Part shown: one piece after another, positions 10,127 through 18,335 of the stretch
Position numbering within the stretch: the first letter of the stretch is position 1
Layout: the number at the start of each line of letters is the position of its first letter
Source: Nocardioides sp.
Lineage (GTDB): Bacteria; Actinomycetota; Actinomycetes; Propionibacteriales; Nocardioidaceae
Length of the DNA: 64,000 nt
Assembly (NCBI RefSeq): GCF_041913365.1
Contig: NZ_JAYSFM010000004.1
Span: 34,348 to 98,347 of the forward strand
Direction: 5' to 3'
Translations under genes and position numbers: made by a program
Notes under the pieces: model-generated
Told to the model about the DNA's origin: nothing
Database searches by the model: none
Seen by the model: the letters and a program-made list of their open reading frames with translations, nothing else

Positions 10127-11110
10127 CTACACCTCGTCGCCCACGGTCCGCGCGTGCGGGCGGCCGGGGTCGTCGTAGACCGGCGTCTGCTCGCCCGCGC
10201 GGAGCGCCTCGAGCTGGGCGCACACGGCAGTGCCGTAGAAGAACGCGATCGACGACAGCAGGGCCCACAGCAGAAGCGCGAACACCCCCGCGAGCGGCCC
10301 GTAGACGCTGCCGAACGACCCGCTCAGCGAGACGTACGCCGCCAGCCCGCCCGTCGCGAGGGCGCTGAGCAGCACCGCGATCCCCGAGCCCAGCGCCAGC
10401 CAGGAGAGCGCCGGCTGGCGGCGACGCGGGGCGTGGTCGAGGAGCACGGCGATGGTGAGCACGAGGAGTGCCAGGCCGGCCGGCCAGCGCAGCACGTTCC
10501 ACGTGTCGACGGTCCGGTCGGACCAGCCGTAGCCCTCCGCCATCGCGTCGCCGAAGGCTCCCCCGCCGACGATCATGAGGAAGCCGAGACCCACCGGTGC
10601 CGCCAGGATCGCGGTGAGGACGGCGGCCCGGCCGTACTTGGCGAGCGCCTTGCGGTCGCGCCGGATGCCGTAGATGCGGTTGGCGCCGCGCTCGACCTGC
10701 GCCATCGCGGTCGTCATCGACACCAGCGCGAAGCCGAGGCCGAGCACCAGGGCGACCTCGCCCGCGCGCTCGGACTCGTCGGAGCTCTCGACCGCGGAGG
10801 TCAGCGCGTCGCTGTCGCCGGCGCCGGGCGAGAGGGAGTCCACGACGTGCGCGACGACCGCGGCCGGGCGCTCCTCGTCGAGGTCGGAGGCCAGCCCGGT
10901 CAGCGCGAGCAGGAACGGCACGACGGCCAGGCAGGCCTGCAGCGCCAGCGCGCGGGAGTTGGTGAAGCCGTCGCCGAAGCGGAACCGCACGAACGACTCG
11001 ACCGCGATCGTGCCGAGCCCGTGGCGCCGGGCGAGGTGCCACGCGTCGAGCGCGTCGAGCTCGTCACCGTCCATCTCCGTGGTGACGGGCACGGTCCGGG
11101 CAGTCGTCAT
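10127..11110 (-). CDS. YihY/BrkB-family membrane protein
   Basis: Six hydrophobic helices; VLRWP, YVSLSGSFGSVYGPLAGVFALLLW motifs. Confidence 0.85.
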   Translation of the reverse strand: MTTARTVPVTTEMDGDELDALDAWHLARRHGLGTIAVESFVRFRFGDGFTNSRALALQACLAVVPFLLALTGLASDLDEERPAAVVAHVVDSLSPGAGDSDALTSAVESSDESERAGEVALVLGLGFALVSMTTAMAQVERGANRIYGIRRDRKALAKYGRAAVLTAILAAPVGLGFLMIVGGGAFGDAMAEGYGWSDRTVDTWNVLRWPAGLALLVLTIAVLLDHAPRRRQPALSWLALGSGIAVLLSALATGGLAAYVSLSGSFGSVYGPLAGVFALLLWALLSSIAFFYGTAVCAQLEALRAGEQTPVYDDPGRPHARTVGDEV

Positions 11111-11132
11111 GGCGGCACCCTAGGCTGACGAC

Positions 11133-11753
11133 GTGTCGGAGCCGACGAGGAACCGGGAGACGCTCGACTCCTACGAGGCGATCGCGTCCGACTACGCCGA
11201 GTCGACCCGCGGCACGCCGTCCGGCGTGGGTGCCGAGGCGCTCGGCCGGCTGCTCGACGCACTCCCTGCGGGTGGGTCGGTGCTCGAGCTCGGCTCGGGG
11301 CCGGGGTGGGACGCCGACTTCCTGTCGTCGCAGGGCGTGCGGGTGCGGCGTACGGACGGGGCGGTGTCGTTCTGCGACCTCCAGCGCGGCCGTGGACACC
11401 GGTGCGACCTGCTTGACGTGACGACCGACGCGTTCACCGACGCCACCTGGCCGGCGTACGACGGCGTGCTGGCGCTGTTCGTGCTCCAGCACGTCGAGCG
11501 CGCGGCGACCCCAAGTGTGCTCGCGAAGGCCGCCGGCGCGCTGCGCCCCGGCGGCGTCGCGCTGGTGTCGATGCGCGAGGGCGGCACGGACGCGTGGCAG
11601 GTCGGCGAGTCCGGACGGCGCTACCACGTGACGACGTGGACGCGCGACGACTTCGAGGGCGCGCTGGCCGTGGCGGGGCTGACGCCGACGTGGCACGTGC
11701 GGCTCGCGGACGACGAGGGGGACTGGCTGCTGGTCCTCGCCACCAACGGCTGA
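11133..11753 (+). CDS. Class I SAM-dependent methyltransferase
   Basis: VLELGSGPGWDA motif I; leaderless TAGGCT-6nt-GTG. Confidence 0.85.
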   Translation: MSEPTRNRETLDSYEAIASDYAESTRGTPSGVGAEALGRLLDALPAGGSVLELGSGPGWDADFLSSQGVRVRRTDGAVSFCDLQRGRGHRCDLLDVTTDAFTDATWPAYDGVLALFVLQHVERAATPSVLAKAAGALRPGGVALVSMREGGTDAWQVGESGRRYHVTTWTRDDFEGALAVAGLTPTWHVRLADDEGDWLLVLATNG

Positions 11754-11853
11754 CCGGGCGGTTCCTCCCGGTCCGGGACGCTGACCGGGCACTTCGTTGC
11801 GCTACACGGGGACGAAGTGCCCGGCCGCCGGGCGTGACGGGGAGGAAGCGCCC
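11749..11853 (+). repeat. Nested palindromic REP-like element
   Basis: GCTGACCGGGC at 11749 and 11780 (period 31); 13-bp perfect stem 11785-11797/11812-11824; imperfect outer arms. Confidence 0.75.
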
Positions 11854-11888
11854 GCTCGGTGTCGGTGTGCTTCGCCAGACTGGGGGCC

Positions 11889-12818
11889 ATGCGGACTCGG
11901 GAACGCGGGATGGGTGTTCAGGTGGCGGTGGAGCCACGGCGCTTCCACGACGGTGGCACGTTGCCGCGCGACGGCCGGCCAGGTGAGCCGCCCGATCCCG
12001 GCTCCGACATGCGGATCGTGCTCGAGCGGCACTCCGAGGAGGGCGTCGAGACCTTCGCCCTGGAGCGCCGCCTGGCCTACCGCGACCGCCACCTCGGTGA
12101 GCTGCTCGTGCCGGCCGACCCCGACTTCCGCACCGACCTCACGTCGGTGCCGACTCTGTTCACCTGGCTGGTGCCGAAGACCGGTGCCCACCTGCCGGCG
12201 GCTCTGCTGCACGACGCGCTGGTGGCCGGCCGGGGCGACCCGACGTCGTACGTCTCCACGGAGGGGCACGAAGTCGACCGGGTCACCGCGGACCGCGTCT
12301 TCCGCGACGCCATGGCCGACACCGGCACGGGTGTCGTCCGGCGGTGGATCGTCTGGACGGCTGTCACGGTCGCCACGGTCTTCGTGGGCCGGGCGGTGCC
12401 GTGGTCACGGGCGAAGCACTGGTCCTACCGGGTGGCGGCCGCCGTCACGATCGCGACGATCCTCTACCTCGGCTACAGCTCGACCAGTGACCTCCTCGAC
12501 CGGTCGTGGGTGGGTGCGATCGACGTGCCGTGGATGGGTGACCGACCGTTCTGGGCCGAGGTCGCGGGCGGCTTCTCCGGCGCCGTCGTGCTCCCGCTCG
12601 CCCTCAGCCTGTTGTGGGGCCGGCTCCGGATGGCGGGGGCGATCGCCGGGGTGATGCTGGCCGTGCTGCTGCACGTCACCGTCGGGCTGGCGGTCATCGC
12701 CGCGGGCTACCTCGCCCTCGAGCGGCTCGCCCGGTGGTCCGCCGCGGCCGCATGGGTGCTCGCCGCAGCCGTGGTCGGCGGCTCGCTCGTCACGTTCGGG
12801 GTCGTCAGCCTCGGTTGA
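11889..12818 (+). CDS. DUF1353-domain protein with C-terminal transmembrane helices
   Basis: FRTDLTSVP...AALLHDAL...ADRVFRDAM motif; start uncertain (11889 or 11910). Confidence 0.72.
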   Translation: MRTRERGMGVQVAVEPRRFHDGGTLPRDGRPGEPPDPGSDMRIVLERHSEEGVETFALERRLAYRDRHLGELLVPADPDFRTDLTSVPTLFTWLVPKTGAHLPAALLHDALVAGRGDPTSYVSTEGHEVDRVTADRVFRDAMADTGTGVVRRWIVWTAVTVATVFVGRAVPWSRAKHWSYRVAAAVTIATILYLGYSSTSDLLDRSWVGAIDVPWMGDRPFWAEVAGGFSGAVVLPLALSLLWGRLRMAGAIAGVMLAVLLHVTVGLAVIAAGYLALERLARWSAAAAWVLAAAVVGGSLVTFGVVSLG

Positions 12819-13182
12819 GGCCGATCTGGGCCAGCCAGCGGCCCGCGAAGGTGTCCGACGGCAGGTCCTGGGTGACCAGGTCGATCCCGGCCTGGAAGGC
12901 GAACGCCACCAGCCCGAGCGCTGCGGCGGTGACGACCATGCCGTTCACGTTGCGCGGGAACCGGCTCGGCACGGTGCGGACGCGGTGCCACCCGCCGACG
13001 AGACCCGACGTCACCACGGCGGACACGATGCTGGCGAAGGCGGCACCGAGCACGGTGCCGAGCATGCCCATCCGTCCGATCAGGATGGCCGAGGTGGCGG
13101 CGGCAGTGGCGCCGGCGACGAGCTGGGGGAGGCTGAGGTCGAGGAAGGGCTGGCGGTCGTTCTCGTTCGGTGAGTCAGGCAT
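12805..13182 (-). CDS. Small hypothetical membrane protein (125 aa)
   Basis: MPDSPNENDRQPFLDLSLPQLVAGATAA..., about 3 TM segments, GC3-biased frame. Confidence 0.7.
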   Translation of the reverse strand: MPDSPNENDRQPFLDLSLPQLVAGATAAATSAILIGRMGMLGTVLGAAFASIVSAVVTSGLVGGWHRVRTVPSRFPRNVNGMVVTAAALGLVAFAFQAGIDLVTQDLPSDTFAGRWLAQIGLNRG

Positions 13183-13268
13183 GACGCGATCTGGTCGGGT
13201 ACGGGGGACTTCCCCAGTACGACGAGTGGGAGACACCGATGGTTTCGTGACTCCGCTCACCAGACGGG

Positions 13269-13319
13269 AACGAAGTGCCCGGTCAGCGTCCGGGACGGGG
13301 ATGAAGTGCCCGGTCAGCG
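13269..13319 (-). repeat. Inverted copy of the 11749 repeat
   Basis: Reverse complement matches 11749-11798 at 45/50 nt. Confidence 0.8.
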
Positions 13320-14039
13320 AAGGGAGTACGTGGCGAGGGAGACGCCGACGTAGTGGGCCGCGAAGGCGAGGACCGTGAAGGAGTGGAAGACCTCGTGGAA
13401 GCCGAACCAGCGGGGCGAGGGGTCGGGGCGCTTGAGGCCGTAGACGACGCCGCCGAGGGTGTAGAGGATGCCGCCGACGGCGACGAGCACGAGGGTGGCG
13501 ATGGCGATGCCGGAGCTGAACTTGTCGGCCCCGTCGACGAACTGCGGGATGAAGAAGACCGCGGCCCAGCCGAGCGCGATGTACATCGGCGTGTAGAGCC
13601 AGCGCGGGGCGTCGGTCCAGAACACGCGGAAGAGCATGCCCGCGATCGCCGCGCCCCACACGACCGCCAGCAGCGTCGTACGGGCGCTGCCGTGCAGGAA
13701 GAGCAGGGCGTACGGCGTGTAGGTGCCGGCGATCAGCACGAAGATGTTGGCGTGGTCGAAGCGTCGCAGGAACGCCCACGTGCGGGGCGACCAGGTGCCG
13801 CGGTGGTAGATCGCGGAGACGGTGAAGACCAGGAGCGCCGAGAGCGCGAACGCGGCCGAGCCGACGCGCGTGGACGCGGTGGGGGACAGCGCCACCAGGA
13901 CGATGCCGGCGGCGAGGGCGAGCGGCGCGGTGCCGGCGTGGAGCCAGCCGCGGAGCTTGGGCTTGACCTCCGCCATCTTGTCGGCCATCAGCTCGCCCGC
14001 CCGCTCGACGGCGTGCTCGACGCGGTCGCGGGGGGTCAC
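13314..14039 (-). CDS. Hemolysin III/PAQR-family membrane protein
   Basis: KPKLRGWLH, SAIYH, DHANIFVLIAGTYTP, GFHEVFH motifs. Confidence 0.92.
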   Translation of the reverse strand: MTPRDRVEHAVERAGELMADKMAEVKPKLRGWLHAGTAPLALAAGIVLVALSPTASTRVGSAAFALSALLVFTVSAIYHRGTWSPRTWAFLRRFDHANIFVLIAGTYTPYALLFLHGSARTTLLAVVWGAAIAGMLFRVFWTDAPRWLYTPMYIALGWAAVFFIPQFVDGADKFSSGIAIATLVLVAVGGILYTLGGVVYGLKRPDPSPRWFGFHEVFHSFTVLAFAAHYVGVSLATYSLR

Positions 14040-14145
14040 GAAAGGCTCTCCACGGACTGGACCATGGTCCAAAAGTACCGGTGCTGCGGTGACGCGCGCA
14101 GCCGTTGCCGACGAGTGCCGGGTCACACGGCGTTACGATCGACAG

Positions 14146-14925
14146 GTGGTCAACGTGAAGGACGCCGTGCGACGGGTGCTCTACCCGGCGTACGAGTCCC
14201 GGGTGGTGAAGTTCCTCCCCCAGGACCGCATCCCGCAGCACGTCGGCGTCATGCTCGACGGCAACCGCCGGTGGGCCAAGGCGGTCGGGCTGAACACCGC
14301 CGAGGGCTACCAGGCCGGTGCCGACAACATCCGCCCGCTCCTCGGCTGGTGCGAGGAGGTCGGGGTCAAGGTCGTCACGCTCTGGCTGCTCTCCAGCGAC
14401 AACCTCACCAACCGGCCGCCCGAGCAGCTCACCGGCCTGCTGAAGATCATCGAGGGGGCCGTGGAGTCGCTGGCCGAGGCCCGGCGCTGGCGGATCCACC
14501 CGGTGGGCGCGCTCGACCTGCTCCCGACCGAGACCGCCGAGCGGCTCAAGGCGGCCGAGGAGGCGACCCGCGACATCGACGGGATCCTGGTCAACGTGGC
14601 CGTCGGCTACGGCGGGCGCCGCGAGATCGCCGACGCCGTACGCGCCCTGCTCGCCGACCACGCGACCAAGGGCACCTCGCTGGAGGAGCTTGCCGACCTG
14701 ATCGACGTCGAGCACATCGCCGAGCACCTCTACACCAAGGGCCAGCCCGACCCCGACCTCGTCATCCGCACCTCGGGGGAGCAGCGTCTGGGCGGCTTCC
14801 TGCTGTGGCAGTCGGCCAACTCGGAGTTCTACTTCTGCGAGGCGCTCTGGCCCGACTTCCGCCGGGTCGACTTCCTGCGTGCGATCCGCGCGTACGCCGC
14901 CCGCGAGCGCCGCTTCGGCGGCTAG
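14146..14925 (+). CDS. uppS: cis-isoprenyl diphosphate synthase
   Basis: HVGVMLDGNRRWA, VAVGYGGRREI, PDLVIRTSGEQRLGGFLLWQ; leaderless TACGAT-6nt-GTG. Confidence 0.9.
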   Translation: MVNVKDAVRRVLYPAYESRVVKFLPQDRIPQHVGVMLDGNRRWAKAVGLNTAEGYQAGADNIRPLLGWCEEVGVKVVTLWLLSSDNLTNRPPEQLTGLLKIIEGAVESLAEARRWRIHPVGALDLLPTETAERLKAAEEATRDIDGILVNVAVGYGGRREIADAVRALLADHATKGTSLEELADLIDVEHIAEHLYTKGQPDPDLVIRTSGEQRLGGFLLWQSANSEFYFCEALWPDFRRVDFLRAIRAYAARERRFGG

Positions 14926-15143
14926 CCGGGGTTGACGAATCGTTACCGTCTGCTCACCCCACGTTCGGGCGTGTCGACCGATTTCGTGGAGGCGCCGGGC
15001 GTACGTTCGCGGCATCGGCAGGTGGGGAAGCTTGCCGTACCGGGAGGCAAGCCTTGGGCACTCAGATGGGAGCTCTCCGGTCCGTTGAATGACATCGGGC
15101 CGGGCGAGGAGTGCGCGCGCCGACCCGCAGCAAGGGGTTAGTC

Positions 15144-16472
15144 GTGGCCAGCAGCAAGACCTCATCGCCCAGCTCCGCCCGTCGCACGTACGTCCTGGAC
15201 ACCAGCGTCCTCCTCGCCGATCCGGGGGCGCTGAAGCGCTTCGCGGAGCACGAGGTCGTGCTGCCGGTGGTCGTGATCACCGAGCTGGAGGGCAAACGGC
15301 ACCACCCGGAGCTCGGCTTCTTCGCGCGCTCGGCCCTGCGGTCGCTCGACGAGCTGCGCATCCTGCACGGTCGCCTCGACGAGCCGGTGCCGATCGGCAC
15401 GGAGGGCGGCACGATCCGGGTCGAGCTCAACCACACCGACCCCGAGTCGCTGCCGTCGGGCTTCCGGCTCGGTGACAACGACACCCGCATCCTGGCCGTG
15501 GCCCGCAACCTGGCCAACGAGGGCCACACCGTCACCCTGGTCTCCAAGGACCTCCCGCTGCGGATCAAGGCGTCGGCGGTGGGACTCGACGCCCAGGAGT
15601 ACCGCGCGGAGGCGATCAGCGACTCCGACACCGGCTACACCGGCATGACCGAGCTCGAGGTGCCGGCCGCCGACCTCGACGAGCTCTACGAGGACGGCGT
15701 CATCGACCTCGCCGACGCCCGTGACCTGCCGTGCCACAACGGCCTGGTCCTGCTCTCCGAGCGCGGGACGGCACTCGGCCGGGTGGGTGCCGACAAGCGG
15801 GTCCACCTCGTCCGCGGCGACCGCGACGCCTTCGGCATCCACGGCCGCTCGGCCGAGCAGCGGGTCGCGCTGGAGATGCTGCTCGACCCCGAGGTCGGCA
15901 TCGTCTCCCTCGGCGGCCGCGCAGGCACCGGCAAGTCGGCGATGGCGCTGTGTGCCGGCCTGGAGGCGGTGATGGAGCGCCGCCAGCACAAGAAGGTCGT
16001 CGTCTTCCGGCCGCTGTTCGCGGTCGGCGGCCAGGAGCTCGGCTACCTGCCGGGCTCGGAGGGCGAGAAGATGTCGCCCTGGGCGCAGGCCGTCTTCGAC
16101 ACCCTCGGTGCGCTGACCGGCAAGGACGTGATCGACGAGGTGATGGACCGCGGCATGCTCGAGGTCCTGCCGCTGACCCACATCCGCGGTCGCTCGCTGC
16201 ACGACTCCTTCGTCATCGTCGACGAGGCCCAGTCGCTGGAGCGCAACGTGCTGCTGACGGTGCTCTCCCGGATCGGGGCCAACTCCAAGGTGGTGCTGAC
16301 CCACGACGTCGCCCAGCGCGACAACCTCCGGGTCGGTCGCCACGACGGCATCGTCGCGGTGGTGGAGAAGCTCAAGGGCCACCCGCTCTTCGCCCACGTC
16401 ACGCTGACCCGGTCCGAGCGCTCGCCGATCGCCGCCCTCGTCACCGAGATGCTGGAGAACGTCACCCTCTGA
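15144..16472 (+). CDS. phoH: PIN domain-PhoH ATPase fusion (PhoH2 type)
   Basis: [12 protein letters not shown] start, GRAGTGKS Walker A, IRGRSL, IVDEAQ. Confidence 0.9.
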   Translation: MASSKTSSPSSARRTYVLDTSVLLADPGALKRFAEHEVVLPVVVITELEGKRHHPELGFFARSALRSLDELRILHGRLDEPVPIGTEGGTIRVELNHTDPESLPSGFRLGDNDTRILAVARNLANEGHTVTLVSKDLPLRIKASAVGLDAQEYRAEAISDSDTGYTGMTELEVPAADLDELYEDGVIDLADARDLPCHNGLVLLSERGTALGRVGADKRVHLVRGDRDAFGIHGRSAEQRVALEMLLDPEVGIVSLGGRAGTGKSAMALCAGLEAVMERRQHKKVVVFRPLFAVGGQELGYLPGSEGEKMSPWAQAVFDTLGALTGKDVIDEVMDRGMLEVLPLTHIRGRSLHDSFVIVDEAQSLERNVLLTVLSRIGANSKVVLTHDVAQRDNLRVGRHDGIVAVVEKLKGHPLFAHVTLTRSERSPIAALVTEMLENVTL

Positions 16473-16488
16473 CGGACCCGGAGGACGT

Positions 16489-16520
16489 ACGTCGGCCCGG
16501 CAGCGCTGCCGGGCCGACGT
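16489..16520. terminator. Perfect 32-bp palindrome downstream of phoH
   Basis: ACGTCGGCCCGGCAGC/GCTGCCGGGCCGACGT; terminator role inferred from position. Confidence 0.55.
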
Positions 16521-16782
16521 GTTCTCCGCTACGCCCGAGCCCCGGATCTGTGGCTGGTGTGCTCCCAGCGGTCCATGTGACTGCTGTGACGCAAGGGACA
16601 TGGTCAATTCGGGCGTTCGGTTTGCACGCCCTCGGAGCCTCATGCATGGTGGCTCGTGACCGTTTCGTGATCTTGGTCGTGAGCTGGGTCGGGGGATCCG
16701 GCTCCGTCGCCCCGAAATCGGCCGGTCGACCGTGCGTCCCCCGCGTCGTGCACACCCCTGTCGTCAACCCCCGTGAGCCCCT

Positions 16783-17442
16783 GTGTCGAAGCCTGACAAG
16801 TACGTCCCGAAGCACCGCGCCCCCGGCAAGCACAAGGCCGCGCGCGCGCCCCGCCGAGCCCTCCGCTCCGGCATCGCCCTGACCGGGCTGGCCGCCGCCG
16901 TCACCGGCGTGAGCATCTCCGGCGGCATGCTCTCCAGCGACCCCTCGCTGACCCCGGCGGCCGCCGACGTCGCCGACACCAGCACCTCCACCGGCGACGC
17001 GACGATGAGCGCGGCCGAGCTCGAGCAGCGCGCCGCCAACGCCCCGGTCTCCCGCTCCTCGCGCCGGGTGCGCCAGGCCGCCGAGAAGGTCGCCGCGCTC
17101 AACGTCGCCTCCGGCGCTGCCGTCACGAAGTCCGAGAAGCTCTCCGAGGGTGACCCGCGCGACATCGCCCGCGCGCTGCTGCCGGAGTACGGCTTCTCCT
17201 CCGACCAGTTCTCCTGCCTTGACTCGCTCTACGTGAGCGAGTCGGGCTGGCGGGTCGACGCGGACAACCCCACCTCGTCGGCGTACGGCATCCCGCAGGC
17301 GCTGACGCAGCTCCACGACCTGCCGGCCGACTACATGACGTCGGCCGAGTCGCAGATCCGCTGGGGCCTGGAGTACATCCAGGGGTCCTACGGCACCCCG
17401 TGCAGCGCCTGGAGCTTCAAGTCCAGCCACGGTTGGTACTGA
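16783..17442 (+). CDS. Secreted/anchored lytic transglycosylase-like (SLT/lysozyme fold) protein
   Basis: YVPKHR N-terminus plus TM; CLDSLYVSESGW...NPTSSAYGIPQAL...QIRWGLEYI...YGTPCSAW. Confidence 0.85.
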   Translation: MSKPDKYVPKHRAPGKHKAARAPRRALRSGIALTGLAAAVTGVSISGGMLSSDPSLTPAAADVADTSTSTGDATMSAAELEQRAANAPVSRSSRRVRQAAEKVAALNVASGAAVTKSEKLSEGDPRDIARALLPEYGFSSDQFSCLDSLYVSESGWRVDADNPTSSAYGIPQALTQLHDLPADYMTSAESQIRWGLEYIQGSYGTPCSAWSFKSSHGWY

Positions 17443-17528
17443 GCCGGTCTGACCACGTCCCGGCGCTCCGGCCCGGCCCGTTCTGACCATTTCCCGCCAT
17501 TTCACGCCGTTCGCGCTCCGACGCGGCG

Positions 17529-17654
17529 GCGGCGGGTGCAGTCTCTGCTCACGCCGGTCGGCGCTCTCCAGGGGCCGTCCGACGTACCCGGGATCTCGTG
17601 GGCACCGGTGTGGCCCGTTCGTCCGCAGGGGGATGAGCGGGCTGCACCTGTCGC
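17529..17654. repeat. ~126-nt intergenic element with nested inverted arms
   Basis: GCGGCGGGTGCAG/CTGCACCTGTCGC outer arms, CTGCTCA/TGAGCGG inner arms. Confidence 0.45.
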
Positions 17655-17661
17655 GCGTGGG

Positions 17662-18294
17662 TCAGGGGCGGTGCGCGGGCGCCGAGGCGTGCCCCGTCTC
17701 CCGCTCGGCGCCGAGCTCGTCGGCCGTCGACACGAGCAGCCCGCCCAGCATGAACGCCGTGATCGCCGCGACCAGCGTCGACGTGGCCAGGTCCGGGATG
17801 AACCGGCGGGCACCCGCGGGTGTGGCGCCGTGGAACTCGTGGGTCAGCGCGTGGCCCTTGCCGCGGGCGAGCAGGTAGCGGTTGACCGGCCACGCCGCGA
17901 AGAACGCCACGGTCAGCGCCAGCATCATGGAGAGCCAGAAGACGGGGTTGACCAGACCGGCCTCCATCGCGCCCGGGACCACCGCCATGACGAGGTTGTC
18001 CACCACCTCCATGGTCGCGATCGACAGCGTGTCGGCAGCGAGCACGACGGTCAGGGCCGCACCGACGCCCAGACCGGCCCGCAGCAGGGGCAGCGTCGAG
18101 AGCGCGTAGCCGAACAGGAACGCCAGCGCGACCGCGATCGCGATCGTTGCCACGTTGCCCAGCCCCCAGGCGGTGCCGAGGACCAGACCGAGGATCTCGC
18201 CGATGGCACAGCCGGTGAGGCAGTGCAGGGTCGCCGAGACGGCCATCGCGTTGGTGCTGCCCATCCGGTGGTGCTCGTGGCTGCTGTGGTCCAT
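17662..18294 (-). CDS. DUF4396-family membrane protein, His-rich N-terminus
   Basis: ATLHCLTGCAIGE, ADTLSIATME, AWPVNRYLLARGKGHA motifs. Confidence 0.85.
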   Translation of the reverse strand: MDHSSHEHHRMGSTNAMAVSATLHCLTGCAIGEILGLVLGTAWGLGNVATIAIAVALAFLFGYALSTLPLLRAGLGVGAALTVVLAADTLSIATMEVVDNLVMAVVPGAMEAGLVNPVFWLSMMLALTVAFFAAWPVNRYLLARGKGHALTHEFHGATPAGARRFIPDLATSTLVAAITAFMLGGLLVSTADELGAERETGHASAPAHRP

Positions 18295-18300
18295 ACCGCC

Positions 18301-18329
18301 ACTATACCCCCGGGGGGTATAGGTGTCGA
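18301..18329 (-). promoter_or_regulatory. Leaderless promoter TCGACA-17-TATAGT overlapped by a CsoR-type operator CTATACCCCCGGGGGGTATAG
   Basis: Inverted repeat 18302-18322 fits TATACCCC-N3-GGGGTATA; -10 lies 6 nt before ATG18294. Confidence 0.8.
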
Positions 18330-18335
18330 GGGGTG

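Noticed and set aside
14058-14071. 14-bp palindrome TGGACCATGGTCCA between the hemolysin III gene and uppS
   Set aside because: Single occurrence and no regulator to assign; may be an operator but unsupported.
14932-15141. 69-aa ORF as a PhoH2 antitoxin, and an 8-bp leader hairpin at 15077-15103
   Set aside because: No RBS or clear codon bias and no recognisable motif; the hairpin is too short to call in GC-rich DNA.
16473-16782. c-di-AMP (ydaO) riboswitch before the cell-wall hydrolase
   Set aside because: The conserved ydaO elements I know (GCCGAAUCC...GGAACC, GGGGUGAA, CCCGUCAGCUAAC) are not present.
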